Of a DNA stretch of 64,000 nt, positions 1 to 15,513 are shown piece after piece. The position numbers and the translations under genes were made by a program. The stretch lies in assembly GCF_009914755.1 (NCBI RefSeq), contig NC_060926.1. One strand, given 5' to 3'. Position 1 is the first letter of the stretch. Every line of letters starts with the position of its first letter. Under the pieces are notes generated by a model, which did no database searches, was not told where the DNA came from, and worked only from the letters and a program-made list of their open reading frames with translations. Source of the DNA: the human T2T-CHM13v2.0 reference genome, Homo sapiens.

Positions 1-241
<241 letters not shown>

Positions 242-316
242 TTAAGCCCACGAATGTATGTTCACAATACATTATTATTGTACCTGGTTGTGTAAATACG
301 AAATGTTATTGAGTCA

Positions 317-830
317 CTATGGCAAACAGACTAACAGCATCCCAAAGATGGCCACTTCCTAATCCCAGAACTTGTGAATGTGTTAGCTTACACAGCAGAG
401 GAGAATTAAAGTTACAGATAGAATTATTAAGGTTGATAATCAGCTGACTTTAAAGTAGAGATTATTTTGAATTATCTAGGTGGAACATTTAAGAGTGGAT
501 AAAAGTGGAAGAGGGCAGGAGAAGAGGGTCAGAGAAAGAGATGTGATGATGGAAGAAAGGCTCAGAGAGATGCAGGTATTGTTTGCTTTGAAGTGGAGGA
601 GGGGGCCATGAGCTAAGGAATGTCAGTGGCCTGTAGAAGCTGGAAAGGCAGATAAATGGATTCTCCCCTAGAAGCTTCAGAGAGGAGCTCAGCAGCCCTG
701 TGAACCCTTGATTTTGGCCCAGTGAGACCCATGTCAGACTTACGTGCTCCACAACTGTAAGATAACACATTTGTGTTAGCTACGCTGCCATGTGGTCATC
801 TGTTGCAGCAGCAATGGAAAACTAATACTG
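317..830 (+). mobile_element. MaLR LTR (MLT1D/E-like)
   Basis: cccaaagatggccacttcctaatcccagaacttgtgaatgtgtt ... gcagcaatggaaaactaatac. Confidence 0.7.
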
Positions 831-2386
831 CACTGTAACATAATAAATGGTCAAGGCCACCATGCATGCCACAATACCAAGTGGGAATTTCCAAGTGGAT
901 GGCCTAGAACATATGATGTGGCTCTCAAACTCAAAGGAAGATATAGAAAGATGGCAAAAGCAGAGATGGACTACTTTGTGAGGTTTTCTTTGGGCAGAGC
1001 TGTGACTTTGCACTCTCCCTCCCAGCAGGAGAGGGGGACAGAGGGTAACTTCCCCTTCCCTTCACTAATTAGAGGGGCTTTAAGAACTTAGTCTGTATCC
1101 CCTTGAGTTTGGGGCCACAAAGGACTGAGTCTAACTGCTGCTCAGGAAACCTAAAGGGCAAGAAAGATGAACTGGTGATCTGCTTTGGTTTCAGAGGATG
1201 AAGGTCTGCAGCTGCGTTCAGCTCAGCCTGTCTCTCCCAGAGTTTGTCAGGACAGAGTAAATAGGTCATTTCTGTGGAACAAGTGTTTTTGCTCCTGCCT
1301 TAGGGAAGAGGAAGCAGATGATGAAGTTGCAATAGGAAGAGTCTGAATGAAAAACCCAGAGCTGAGCGGGTAACAGTAGCTGAGGAATAGGCTGTACAGC
1401 AGTGACAGGGGAATTACAGCTAGAGGGGCTCAGCAGGGGAGCCCCCAAAGAACCCATGGGTGTTTTTCCATGAGAGGTATTCAGCTTTGCATGTGTGCCA
1501 GCCTATGACAGTAAATCAAGTAAGAACTTCCCCCTCCTCCCTCCCTACAAAGTAACTAGGGTTACTTTGAAGAAGTGCTGGGTATAATTGATAAATTGAG
1601 ATATCTGCAAAAATTCTGATGCAACATGAAATTATCAGTGATTTATATTGGTGACAAGGTCACAGGTCCTATGAATACTAGTGGGGTTTGTTGTCTGCAT
1701 TCATAATAAAGAGATTGCTAAATTTCAGTTAGGAGTTACTGAAAATAAAGATGCAATTTCCCCTCATCCATGTTCTGTCCACATATACCGGGTTAAGAAC
1801 ACTAATCTAGTCCCAAAGTGTCCTGTCACGGATTAGCAAACTGCAGCCCAGTTTTTGACCCCTGTGAATTGTTTGATGACAAAGTAAACTAGTAGCAGAT
1901 TGAAGGCCTAGAACAATATCTATTCCCTTATTCCAAACTGCTTCATGTTGACTAGAATCTCAAGGATTCAGCATTGGCTTTAGCAACATGCAAATGACAG
2001 AAGTCAAGCTAAATTATTTTCCAACAAAGGTAAAATGCTGACTTATACCATTTGATTTCTCTTTTAAAAAAAGCTTTATCTGCTAACAGAAATGTAGTCA
2101 AGCCTTCCTAAGATCCACTGAAGTGTAAGATAAAGTTTGTAGGCAAAATTTATCTAGCCAAACACTTGACCTATTAAGAGGGCCTCTCTGGTCTACATTC
2201 AGAGTTCTTTTTGGACTTGCATGATTCCTTCATACTTCAATAAGGCCCTCAGATCTATGAGCCAAAATTCTGAGACACTGCCAGTGAACGTCCTTTAAAA
2301 AATCCATGTGACAGAGATTATAATTAGAACATTTATTCCTGTTATTACAAAGCCAAACAAGAAAGCATCCAATAAAAGTTCTCCAG

Positions 2387-2712
<326 letters not shown>

Positions 2713-2933
2713 CTACTCTATAATAATCGTATAACCCAGTTCTTACATACTAAAATGTGCCATCCAAACAGTCCAATGTCGTAAAATTTGGTTATAAGAA
2801 AAATGTGCCAGGGCATTTCTTTCCTTGCTAATTCTCTGTCTTAGGCTCTCTAAACTTCTCATCAGTCTGTCAGCCAGTCAGTGCTTGAATGTGTTTTTAA
2901 CGGCCTCTTCTCTGTTGACAACTGTTCTAGGCT

Positions 2934-3396
2934 ATGTTAACTATTTGTCTGTATTCTTAGATCTCTGGCATGTGGAGCCTTGTGGACCTGGGGAACCACT
3001 CCTCCCAGAGTTAACTAATTCCTAGAGATAAGAATTTGCCTGCCAGCACATCTTTGATATGCAGACCAACCAATTAGGGTTCCACGCCCCAACCTACCTG
3101 CTTTTATCAGATCACTACAGGCCCTGCTGAAATTATTTAAACTGTCCAATCATAAGGTTGTTCTGCTTGCTTACTTTGCTTTCCCCTTTCCTCTTTTCAA
3201 AAGCCACAATAAAGGCTTCTGCCCTTTCTGCCTGCTCATCTGGCTTCGGTGCTTCCCTATGTGGCCCTGCCTGCCATGCCTTGCCTCCTGTTTCTAGGGG
3301 ACTGTGAACATAAAAAACCTCCTTCCTTCATGGCATTTTGTGTCTGTGTGTTGTACTATATCTGCTCAAAACAATTTCCAGGTAAATTTTTAGACA
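2934..3396 (+). mobile_element. ERV1-class LTR (MER39/MER34-like)
   Basis: tgttaa...ctcccagagttaactaattcctagagata...AATAAA...aca; subfamily recalled. Confidence 0.5.
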
Positions 3397-3775
3397 ATAG
3401 GCTGGAAGAACAGCAGCAAGTAAGACACACCAAATCTGTCTTTGAAAAGCTGAAGATCCTTGAAGGAGCTTATATTTTAGCCTAGGGTTTATACATTTGC
3501 ATGAGCGAGGGCTCTAAAATAAATAGAACCTAGATGTGATCAAGCACCATCCTTTTCTTCCCCATCTGGGTATTTTCTGCTAACATATGGGATAAAGGTA
3601 GTAGATGAGAATTGGGGAATCAAGGATTTAATCCTAATTCTCTTTTGCCTGGATAAAGACCAGACTCTGCCTAGAGCACACTCCACCTACTAATGCCTAG
3701 GCTGGGGAGAAACGACCAGGATGGGGTCCTTTTAATTTTATCTTGCCACATGATTAGGAAGATGCAAGATGATTA

Positions 3776-4075
<300 letters not shown>

Positions 4076-4180
4076 GGAGGGGGAGGGAGATGATTAGGAA
4101 GACTTACCAATGTCTTTCCTGAGTGCTTCCTGCCTTACCAGTTTTCCTTAAACCAAACTTGCACTGGATGGTGACGGAAG

Positions 4181-4614
4181 TGTGAAAGCAAAGTAACTCT
4201 TGGGGCCCCCAAATCACTCAGCTAAAGGGAAAAGTCAAGCTGGGAACTGCTTAGGGCAAACCTGCCTCTCTATTCTATCCAGTCATCCCTCTGCTCACTG
4301 AGATAAATGCATATCTGATTGCCTCCTTTGAAAAGGCTAATCAGAAACTTTAAAAAATGCAAATTTCTATAATCTGGAAGCCCCTCCCCATTTTTAGTTG
4401 TCCTGCCTTTCCAGACCGAACCAATGTACATCTTACATATATTAATTAATGTCTCATGTCTCCCTAAAATGTGTAAAACCAAGCTGTGCCCCAACCACCT
4501 TGGGCACATGTCGTCAGGACCTCGTGAGGCTATGACATGGGCACATGTCCTTAACCTTGGCAAAATAAACTTTCCAAATTGACTGGGACCTGTCTCAGAT
4601 ACTTGGAGTTCACA
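4181..4614 (+). mobile_element. Solo ERV1 LTR (MER4A-like)
   Basis: TGTGAA...TTCACA termini, 4-bp TSD gaag, internal AATAAA near 4564. Confidence 0.8.
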
Positions 4615-5200
4615 GAAGTATTTAAAATTTAAATGGAGGATCAGGCAGATCTTACAAAGCAGTATAGTGTGGAGGGAACAGAAGTCATGCCTAGGTCTAA
4701 CCTACTCTTCTTCCCATGCTCTTCTTCTCCCATGCTCCCCACGTAGCACAAAAGAGGCTGTACTGAATTAGACATTTTGCTGGAATGCCTCTCAAAGATG
4801 CTCTGCTCACTCCCCATTCTCCCAGAAACCTTCCTCTTATCCTTGTGTCTGCTTGTCAGTCCAGTGTCTTACTCTGTTCCCTTAGTAAGAGAGTTTCTTC
4901 CTGCCTCTTCTCAAAGGAAGAGGCTATGGACCAATACAAATGAAACCTTCCACTGCCCCAGCCCTGCCCACGTGGGGCAGGTGGACCCAGAGCCTCTTGA
5001 ATTGGAGAACTGGTAGAGGGCTGCTTCCACAGCCAGTATCCCCACAGTGAGAGCAGAAGCTAATCTCTCCAGTTCCCTCAGAGGAAAAATCCCTCAGCAA
5101 TGCAGGTGTTTGTTTTAGACAACACAGTCCAGCCTTACATGAAGAAAGTTTATTCCCCCCATTTAACATGGGTTTGGCTATGTTCTCTTCAAAGCAGTAA

Positions 5201-5608
<408 letters not shown>

Positions 5609-5789
5609 ACTGGTCCAAATCTCTTAACCAGAAGAAGGGAGGAAAAGAGAAAGTGGGAAGGGAAAGCATGTGAGTTCATCCCTCCTGCCTGTGATTTTCT
5701 CACACTGCGTCCGTTCCTCCATTCATCATATGTCTTCAGAAGGCATGAACAAAAGGCTAGGAGAACAGTAGTATCAGGTCAGAATATTT

Positions 5790-6280
5790 CCCCACTTGTA
5801 TCTGGTCTTGCAAGAAATAGCTGGTTTGCACAAAGGATTTAATTGAAGTGAGTTTAATAAATGGACTATTAACAGAGGTGCAACAGCCTTAAGGGAACTC
5901 GGCAAAGAGTGGTGAAGACCAGGGACAAGCACAGCAGGAAGCCAATGCCACTCATAGACGCGTAGAAGCAAGTGGTGACGGTGTTACTGGACCCCTGTGA
6001 GAGCCACAGCTGTGGAGAAGGGAACACTTGAAAGTCCCGTGGCAAAGAGGAATGCAGCCACTGCAAAACCATGTCCCAACAAGGAGTCACAGTGGGATAA
6101 ATAGGCTGACCTGGCTTCCTGCCTTCTAATCCCCAGTCAGCACCAGCCATTAGCCAAACCCAATTGGAAGCCAGAGGACAAGGAGAGTCAGATGACACAG
6201 TTGTAGGCGTCAGCCTCCCAGAGCACAAGCCAAGGCAAAGGGTGGAGAGTGGAGGGGAAAACAGAGAGGAACCAACACAC
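5790..6280. mobile_element. Old MaLR LTR relic (MLT1K/L-like)
   Basis: ggaagccagaggacaaggagag...gtcagcctcc...gggtggagagtgga motif string. Confidence 0.4.
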
Positions 6281-6376
6281 AGTCAACAATCAGAAGTGAA
6301 AAATGTTCGGCTTATCCCACAAAGCAAACCACTGTGTGCAGCTTATTACGACTTTCTGTTAGCATACTGGACTTCT

Positions 6377-6889
<513 letters not shown>

Positions 6890-6990
6890 AGCATACTGGA
6901 CTTCTGAATGCACCAGAAGAAATGCAACATTATTTTGTGGAAGTTCAAAAGACAGATGGCATCTAGGGCTCCCAGTGCCTCATCTCCTGA

Positions 6991-7423
<433 letters not shown>

Positions 7424-7604
7424 AGCTTCTAGGTTTTTAGGAAGGCCATCTTCTTCAATGCTCTCCCCCACCTGCTACATCAGGAATCACCCAACAGCAT
7501 TGCTGACAGGTTATTGAGTCTGATTAGGTACTTTGGTGACAAACTGCTTACAATCTCCAGAGGGAAACTTCTATCATTTAACAACTCTGTTTTAAAAAAG
7601 TTCA

Positions 7605-7895
<291 letters not shown>

Positions 7896-9784
7896 ATTAA
7901 TTAATTAATTAAAAGGTTAACAGTAAGCCACAACAATGTTTATTGAAAAATTTCCCCTTCTCAGTGACAGTTTTATTTAATATCAAAGTTAGGTTCTTAA
8001 AAGATAATTTAAAAGTTGAAATTCTCTCAGTTTTACATATAACTTCAAGATGATTCAACACCATTGGTACCATTTGGCCATGTTTTCATCCTCCCGAAAT
8101 GTTTTGTTAAATGGGGTCTGGAATCCCAGAGATTCTCATCTGCTGCTGCTATGAAGCAAAATTAACTCAAGAGTGGAGTGAAGGTGTTAGGTCAATGGGG
8201 TGAAAACATTAATTGAGGACAAAGACTAGATACTTTTAGGGAGAGGGATAGGGATACAATGATGTCATTATAGAATTACAAGCTAAAGTTCGCAAAGGAA
8301 AAGAATCAGTGTAAGATGAAACAGGCAATGTTTGCAGCACTCAGGAACCAAAAAAAGGTCTGAAAAAATAAAACCGGAAGATTCAGGGATAGTTTCCTTT
8401 TATTCCTAGGGATCCGCTCTCACTCTTCTCTCTTCTGCTCTGTGCCCTAAGTTGACCTGGGATGGATACATGGACTGCCCTGTGGCTTCTGATTAGGTTC
8501 TGGTTAGCCCCTGGGACACCCTAGGCAGAAGATCAGAGGGGAGAAGAGTAAGGCTGGAATATTTATCTGCTTCCATCTTTCTCCCTATGAGGTCTCTGCA
8601 GGCTGGCTGCATCCCTGTACTCAAGGCCTCTATCGGACTTCCCCCTCCGCACAATTTTCTCTCTGGATTCCAGTAATTCTCTGCCCTTCAGACCTGGGGC
8701 ACTGCCTAACCCTGAGGTTTCCTACACTGCCCACAACTTCATAAACAGTCTTGTTCATTATGAAATTACTCAATTCCAATATGCTGTTTGTTTTCTGCCA
8801 GGACCCTGATTAACACACTCAGTCTCATTAGCCTCCCAACACATGTTTATTGAGTAACTACCACATCCCAAGGAGGAATAAAATGATCAATTAGAGAATC
8901 AATGCCTTCAATAGGGCAGTCTGAGAGTGGAGACAGCCAGAGAAGCAGATCCTTATATTACATCCTGACAGGTGACACAAGGAGGCACTGGATGGGGAGG
9001 TCAGTGGGATATAAAAGTCTGGGCAGGGGCAGACTCAGGGAAGGTTTCTCAGTGGAGATGGGAGTCAGGGAAATTTAGAGGCAGTGGCGTGGGTAGGAAG
9101 TGGTCAGAAGCTGCCAGAGCAGTTTACAGCCAAGGACATCAGGGCCAGTCAGGTTGTGGTAAGAGACTGGCAGGGGGTGCTAGGCTGGACCAGATCAAAG
9201 AAAGCCTTGTGCTGGGGAAAGGTATCCTTCTCTTCCATTTGCTTACTCTCCCCACCAAGGGAAAAATAATGACACAGGTGAGGTCTACAGCCTTTTACTC
9301 TGAGCCCTTAATCCTGCCCTACTACCATGGCTTGCCACTCCTATTTCCTTAGCCTGCTTTGAAAATCATCCCCGTATACTTCCTGCACATTCTAAGGTCT
9401 TTCAAGACGGCAACAAGACAATATAGCAAAGTAGTCCTTGGAGATGAGCTACAGAAGAGGGCTAGAAGTGAACGTTCCCAAATGCATTCTGGAAGCCCTG
9501 GCAGTCAGAACCCTTTTTCTTATAATAGCATTAGATAATGCTGACATTGTTTTTGTCCAGTGGAGAAGGGTGAGGATAATGTTGGAAAGAGGGCAGGGAG
9601 CAAGCTTCACTTCATCAAGGAGGGGCTTTGGTTCAAATTGGTTTGGGTGGGCGGGCACTTTGAAAATCCATTTGTCACACTAAACGGCAAGTCCAGGTCC
9701 AGGAGGTTCCTGTCTTCCCTCTCTCAAGAGCAAACTGCAAGTAGTTTCATTGCAGGATAAGGCCAAGCCCACCGCTGCCCATGC

Positions 9785-10240
9785 TGTTTTTGTTTTGTTT
9801 CCAGACAGAGTCTAGCTGTCACCAGGCTGCAGTGCAGTGGTGCGATCATAGCTCTCCTGAACTCAAGTGATTCTCTTGCCTCCACCTCCCAAAGCCCTGG
9901 GATTACAGCTGTGAGACACCTCATGGGGACCCGGTTTACTGGGTTTTTTTTGTTTTTTGTTTTTTGTTTTTTTTTGAGACAGAGTCTCACTTTGTCACCC
10001 AAGCTGAAGTGCAGTGGTGCAACCTCAGCTCACTGCAGCCTCGACCTTCTGGGCTCAAGTGATCCTCCTTCCTCAGTCCCCCAAGTAGCTGGGGCTACAG
10101 GTGCATGCATTTGTATTTTCAGTAGAGACAGGGTTTCACCTTGTTGCCCAGGCTGTTCTCAAACTCCTGGACTCAAGTGATCTGCCCGCCTTAGCCTCCC
10201 AAAGTGCTAAGATTACAGGTGTGAGGCACTGCGCCTGGCC
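9785..10240 (-). mobile_element. Alu monomer plus AluJ-like element
   Basis: Two adjacent antisense Alu segments. Confidence 0.8.
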
Positions 10241-10245
10241 TTTAC

Positions 10246-11135
10246 TGTTAACTTAAAACAAAAAATTATAAATTTGAAAAAAGAGGAGACTTTATTTCTT
10301 ATAAAAGGTTATAGCCTGCAAGGAGGCCATTCCATAGGCTGATAAACATAGCCTCTGGCCTAAGACCAGAGACAGGCACTTGGAAGGCAGAGGGGTTGGG
10401 GTAGGAGCTTTATGCTGAACAGCTTGGCCAAACATACATACGTAACAGGTTACAGGAGGAGCTATGAATATTAATGGAGGTGGTCCTTACACATGCATAT
10501 TGAACAAACATGCATGTAACATGTTCTCTTTGGGGTGGAGACTTAACATTTAATTGTATTACTTCAAATACATTTAAATGTATTACTTCAAACCTACACT
10601 TCAAAAGGTCTTTTCAGGACGTGAATGCATACAAGTGCACAATCCCTGTACACTGGCCAGAACCGGTCCATGGTCGGTCTTCTTATCATGAAAAAGTTCC
10701 TGAAATCAGCCCAGTGAAAGCTGTAGTTCTGGCTGGTGCAACAGGGGTTCAGCTGGTCAGCATCTGTGAACTGATTAAGTTGTAATTGTTTTAATATTGC
10801 TTATCTCAAGCCAGTGCTTGTTTAGCCTCTAGAGGAAAAGAAAACCTTTGTGGCAGTTAGACCATAGTTTATTTCTTAAGTGTAGGAGTGTGTGACTTAG
10901 GTCCTTTTTATAATTTGATGTCTTATTGCTACAAAGAGTCTGTTCTGTCCGCCTTATGATTTCTATTTTAAACATTAATGCTAGTCAGCTGTTGAGTCTA
11001 AATTCCAAAATGGAGGGGGTAGACTTCCCTTCCGGCTGTAGCTAGAAACTCAGCTTTAAGGTTTTTCTGGAGTCTGCTTGGCCAAGGAGGTCCATTCAGT
11101 CAGTGAGGGGCTTAGGATTTTATTTTTAGTTTACA
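10246..11135 (-). mobile_element. ERV1 LTR (MER4-group) immediately upstream of the CYBRD1 promoter
   Basis: Minus strand starts TGTAAActaaaaataaaatcctaagcccc and ends taaca; AATAAA on the - strand near 10290. Confidence 0.7.
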
Positions 11136-11351
11136 CCACCTTACAGGTTCCTCCTTAACACCCTTTGATGTCAGAGACAGCCAATTCTCCAGCACTGTGG
11201 CTAAGGAGGCTTCGTTAGTAGTTAAAAGCACACACATAACCCTACCCAACGGATCCCTCTCTTCTCTTAACCAAGAGGGCGCACCACTGCCCTACTCAAC
11301 CTCCCCACAAATAAGGACGAGACACGGGAAGTGTTAAAAGCAAGTGGTGAG

Positions 11352-11358
11352 TATAAAA
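11352..11358 (+). promoter_or_regulatory. TATA box candidate upstream of the CpG island
   Basis: Exact TATAAAA, upstream of the alternative exon candidate. Confidence 0.5.
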
Positions 11359-11421
11359 TCCTCGGAATTTTCTCTTTGAGCAACTAACTAGGTCTGTTAC
11401 TGAAGCCCTCTGCGAGCTTGG

Positions 11422-11440
11422 ATGCTGGACGAGGGAGAGG
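11422..11440 (+). CDS. CYBRD1: Putative alternative first coding exon segment (MLDEGE plus 1 nt), phase-compatible with exon 2; predicts a 228-aa isoform
   Basis: ATG CTG GAC GAG GGA GAG G|gtgagg. Good donor, phase 1 like canonical exon 1; TATAAAA about 70 nt upstream. Confidence 0.6.
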
Positions 11441-11683
11441 GTGAGGCCACCAGGCAATGAGCGCCCTCGGCGGCCGCGTGATCCCGGGGGTGGGGCCCAT
11501 TTCTGAGTTGGGGCCAGCTCCCCACCCCCAAGAGGCCCCACATTCCGGGCCAGCAGCCCAGAAAGTCCCTCCCCGCAGGCGGAGACAGCCCCAAGAAGTC
11601 GACGCCCCGGTCCCGCCGCCCGGCCACTACCCAGAGGGCTGCCGCCGCCTCTCCAAGTTCTTGTGGCCCCCGCGGTGCGGAGT

Positions 11684-11695
11684 ATGGGGCGCTGA
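11684..11695 (+). promoter_or_regulatory. Minimal uORF ATG GGG CGC TGA overlapping the CYBRD1 start codon
   Basis: agtATGg context (A at -3, G at +4). The TGA shares its A with the main ATG. Confidence 0.65.
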
Positions 11696-11887
11696 TGGCC
11701 ATGGAGGGCTACTGGCGCTTCCTGGCGCTGCTGGGGTCGGCACTGCTCGTCGGCTTCCTGTCGGTGATCTTCGCCCTCGTCTGGGTCCTCCACTACCGAG
11801 AGGGGCTTGGCTGGGATGGGAGCGCACTAGAGTTTAACTGGCACCCAGTGCTCATGGTCACCGGCTTCGTCTTCATCCAGGGCATCG
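11695..11887 (+). CDS. CYBRD1: CYBRD1 coding exon 1 (aa 1-64 plus 1 nt; contains heme ligand His50)
   Basis: Translates [64 protein letters not shown], the recognised DCYTB N-terminus with the cytochrome b561 FNWHP motif. Donor G|gtactg at 11888; 193 nt, phase 1. Confidence 0.97.
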
Positions 11888-13324
11888 GTACTGGCACCTC
11901 CTGGGGGGGTGCGGGGAGGAAAGCGGGGAGAACGGCGGGGGCAGAGGGTCCTCCGTGAAGCCCCTTCCAGCTGAGGAAGTGCTGGAGGATCGCGGGGCCC
12001 GGAGGAGTGCGGTGAGGAGCGCGCGGGAAGCCAAGTCGGCTGGGCGGGAGGGAGGCTGGCTGGCTCTGGGGCGGGACAGAGCTGCGGTTCAGGAGGATCG
12101 CCGCGAGCGCGGGGCCGGGGGTGCGCGGTGGAGACGCGCTGCTGGGGGCGGCGGAGCGGGGCCGGCCCCACTTGGTTAACTCTTTGCGGCGACTGGCTAG
12201 GACGCACTGGAGGGGCCTCCAAGACCCAGAAACTTGAGCCCGGGCGCGATGCCGGAGCGCCGCGCAGTCGGGCCGCTGCAGCCCACGCGCCCCGGAAAGT
12301 CGCCCCTGTGGACCGAGCCTGCGCGATCGGGGGCGCGGAAACACTTTCGCCTCAGCCTTTTGCTGAACTTGCTTCCAGGCTGCAGATGAGGAGGGGAAGG
12401 CAGCGGGGAAAAGATTGCCGGAGCGAGAATTTGCCCGTATTTGTAACATCCTCGGCCCTGGGTAAAGGGGCTGGCCAAGGGGGGCGAGTGAAGCATCCGC
12501 CCTGGGTTCCTCTCCTCCTAGAGTGTTAAACTCAGTCGAGTCCGGGAAGCTGCCAGGACTTCCAAGTGTGTTTCGCCGCCCTGCCCAGTCATTGGACGGT
12601 CTTGAGCCCGACTTGTTTATGTGGCAGAAGAGTGGCGAAAGTTCCCCCGCGGGGCTTCCTATTGGGCACTGGCCCAGCACTCCGGGTGGGAGATGCCCGG
12701 AGAGGGCCCGCGGCTGCCTGGCACCGAGGGATGCCTCTGCTCGGGATGCCCCCGGCGCAAGCTGCGTCCGTGTTTGGCCCGCGGTGAGCCAGCCCCGGGC
12801 CTGCATTCTCTGGGCTGAGGCTGGCGCGGGGGAGGGGCTCAGCAGTCGCTGGCAATGTTTGTTGTCATTGTGTAGTGCCTCTCAATGTCCTGACTGCTTC
12901 CTTCGGTTTGCCGTGTAGCTGGAGGAACCTCTAGCTTTTGGCGCAAACACCATTTATTTGTAACCACTTCCCCAAAGGCACGGCCTTCAGAAAGTAGTTA
13001 GAGAAAGGCAGCAAGGGGTGGAGTGGTGTTATGTCGCAGAAAATAATCGAGAGGAGTAGCAAGGGTTTGGAAAGATATGCCCACTGGCCGAAATCTCTAG
13101 CTTTGCCTGCGGGCAGGCTGCCTTTTCTTCACCAAATATTTAACTCCCCACAAACGAGTGTGCAAAAGAGTGCTGACCTCATTCCTAAAGAAAAGTGATT
13201 TTGGCTTTTGTTTTTGTTGGTTGTTTTAAACTTGTACTGCAGCTTTGGCAAGTGTGGCCAGCATTCTCCCACTCTGGAATGTAGTGGAAGGTGTTACTAA
13301 CCCTCAGCATTCAAAGGCTTCCCT

Positions 13325-13370
13325 GGTGTGAGATCGGCATCAGGGTGTGAGATCGGCATCAGGGTGTGAG
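13325..13370. repeat. 19-bp tandem repeat, about 2.4 copies
   Basis: ggtgtgagatcggcatcag twice, then ggtgtgag. Confidence 0.9.
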
Positions 13371-13928
13371 CACCACTGGGCACCTAAGGCATTTCGTTGC
13401 GTAACTCTCAGTTATTTTGCCACTATGCTTATAAGAAAAAAACATACTCAAGTTCCAAAGTAACTGTCAGAAGCACTCTTTCCTTCGTGGTGGAGCCCTT
13501 AAGTTTGGCCCCGAGCTGTCTACACCTTGTTTGCTCAAAGAGTAGAGCCAGTCTCCTCTTCTACCCAACTCTTCAGAGCAGCTTCTAATACCAAAAAGCT
13601 TTCTGGAGGTCTTGGAATATCTTCTCATAATTGAGGGTAAGGGAAACACAAGTGTTATTGCTCGTTGCCTGACTTGCCACAGAGGAGAAGACATCAGAAT
13701 GGCTAATAGTGATTGCATGCTGTGTGTCCACTAAGTGCATTATGTCACATCACATGTATGTAAGAGTAAACTGAGGCAGAGAAGTTATGTAACTTACCCA
13801 TGAAAGTTGTTTTAAGTCTTTTCAGTGACCTTATCGTCAAAGTTGGATTCTCTGCTTTTATGGCAATATGCTTATTTTCTGCCAAATCTTTTTAGACAGC
13901 GAAAACCTTCATCTAAAATATGTTTTGA

Positions 13929-14495
<567 letters not shown>

Positions 14496-14920
14496 TAATC
14501 ATAATGCATTTAATTGACATGAGCATAAATGTTTTCATACATGTAGGCACATGTATAGTTCTCCCCAGTTCTTCCATATCTTGGCCAACCCATCCACATT
14601 CCTCACCCTAAGTATTAGGAAGGCTCCAGTGGAAGGAGGGGGAGTAATAAATAAACTTTATAGGCTGCGAGGGACCCACATGTTACAGACTCGCCATGTT
14701 ATAACAGACTTTTTTACCGTGTGTGATTGCTGCAAGGAGGAAAATTTTAGGCTATGAGATTTCAAATCTCTAACAAAGAACACGATGTATTGGAGTTCTT
14801 CTCTTCTGTAATACACAAATATTTGGAGATGAAGAAGAGAAGGCTAAAGTACAGTTATTACTCTAAGTATAAAATGCTTTAGAAATGCAATATACAAATA
14901 GTAAACAATATTTGAAACTA

Positions 14921-15513
<593 letters not shown>

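Larger units (their letters stand above)
11450..12850. promoter_or_regulatory. CpG island / CYBRD1 promoter and 5' intron 1
   Basis: Very GC-rich and CpG-dense over exon 1; GC and CACCC boxes (ggggtgggg near 11487, cccacccc near 11521). Confidence 0.9.

Noticed and set aside
11342-11352. Splice donor-like TG|gtgagt just before the TATA box
   Set aside because: No identifiable upstream exon or acceptor; cannot be supported from sequence alone.
11793-12806. 337-aa antisense ORF and other overlapping ORFs in the CpG island
   Set aside because: Long stop-free frames are expected in very GC-rich DNA. The products are low-complexity Pro/Ala/Arg/Gly with no recognisable domain.
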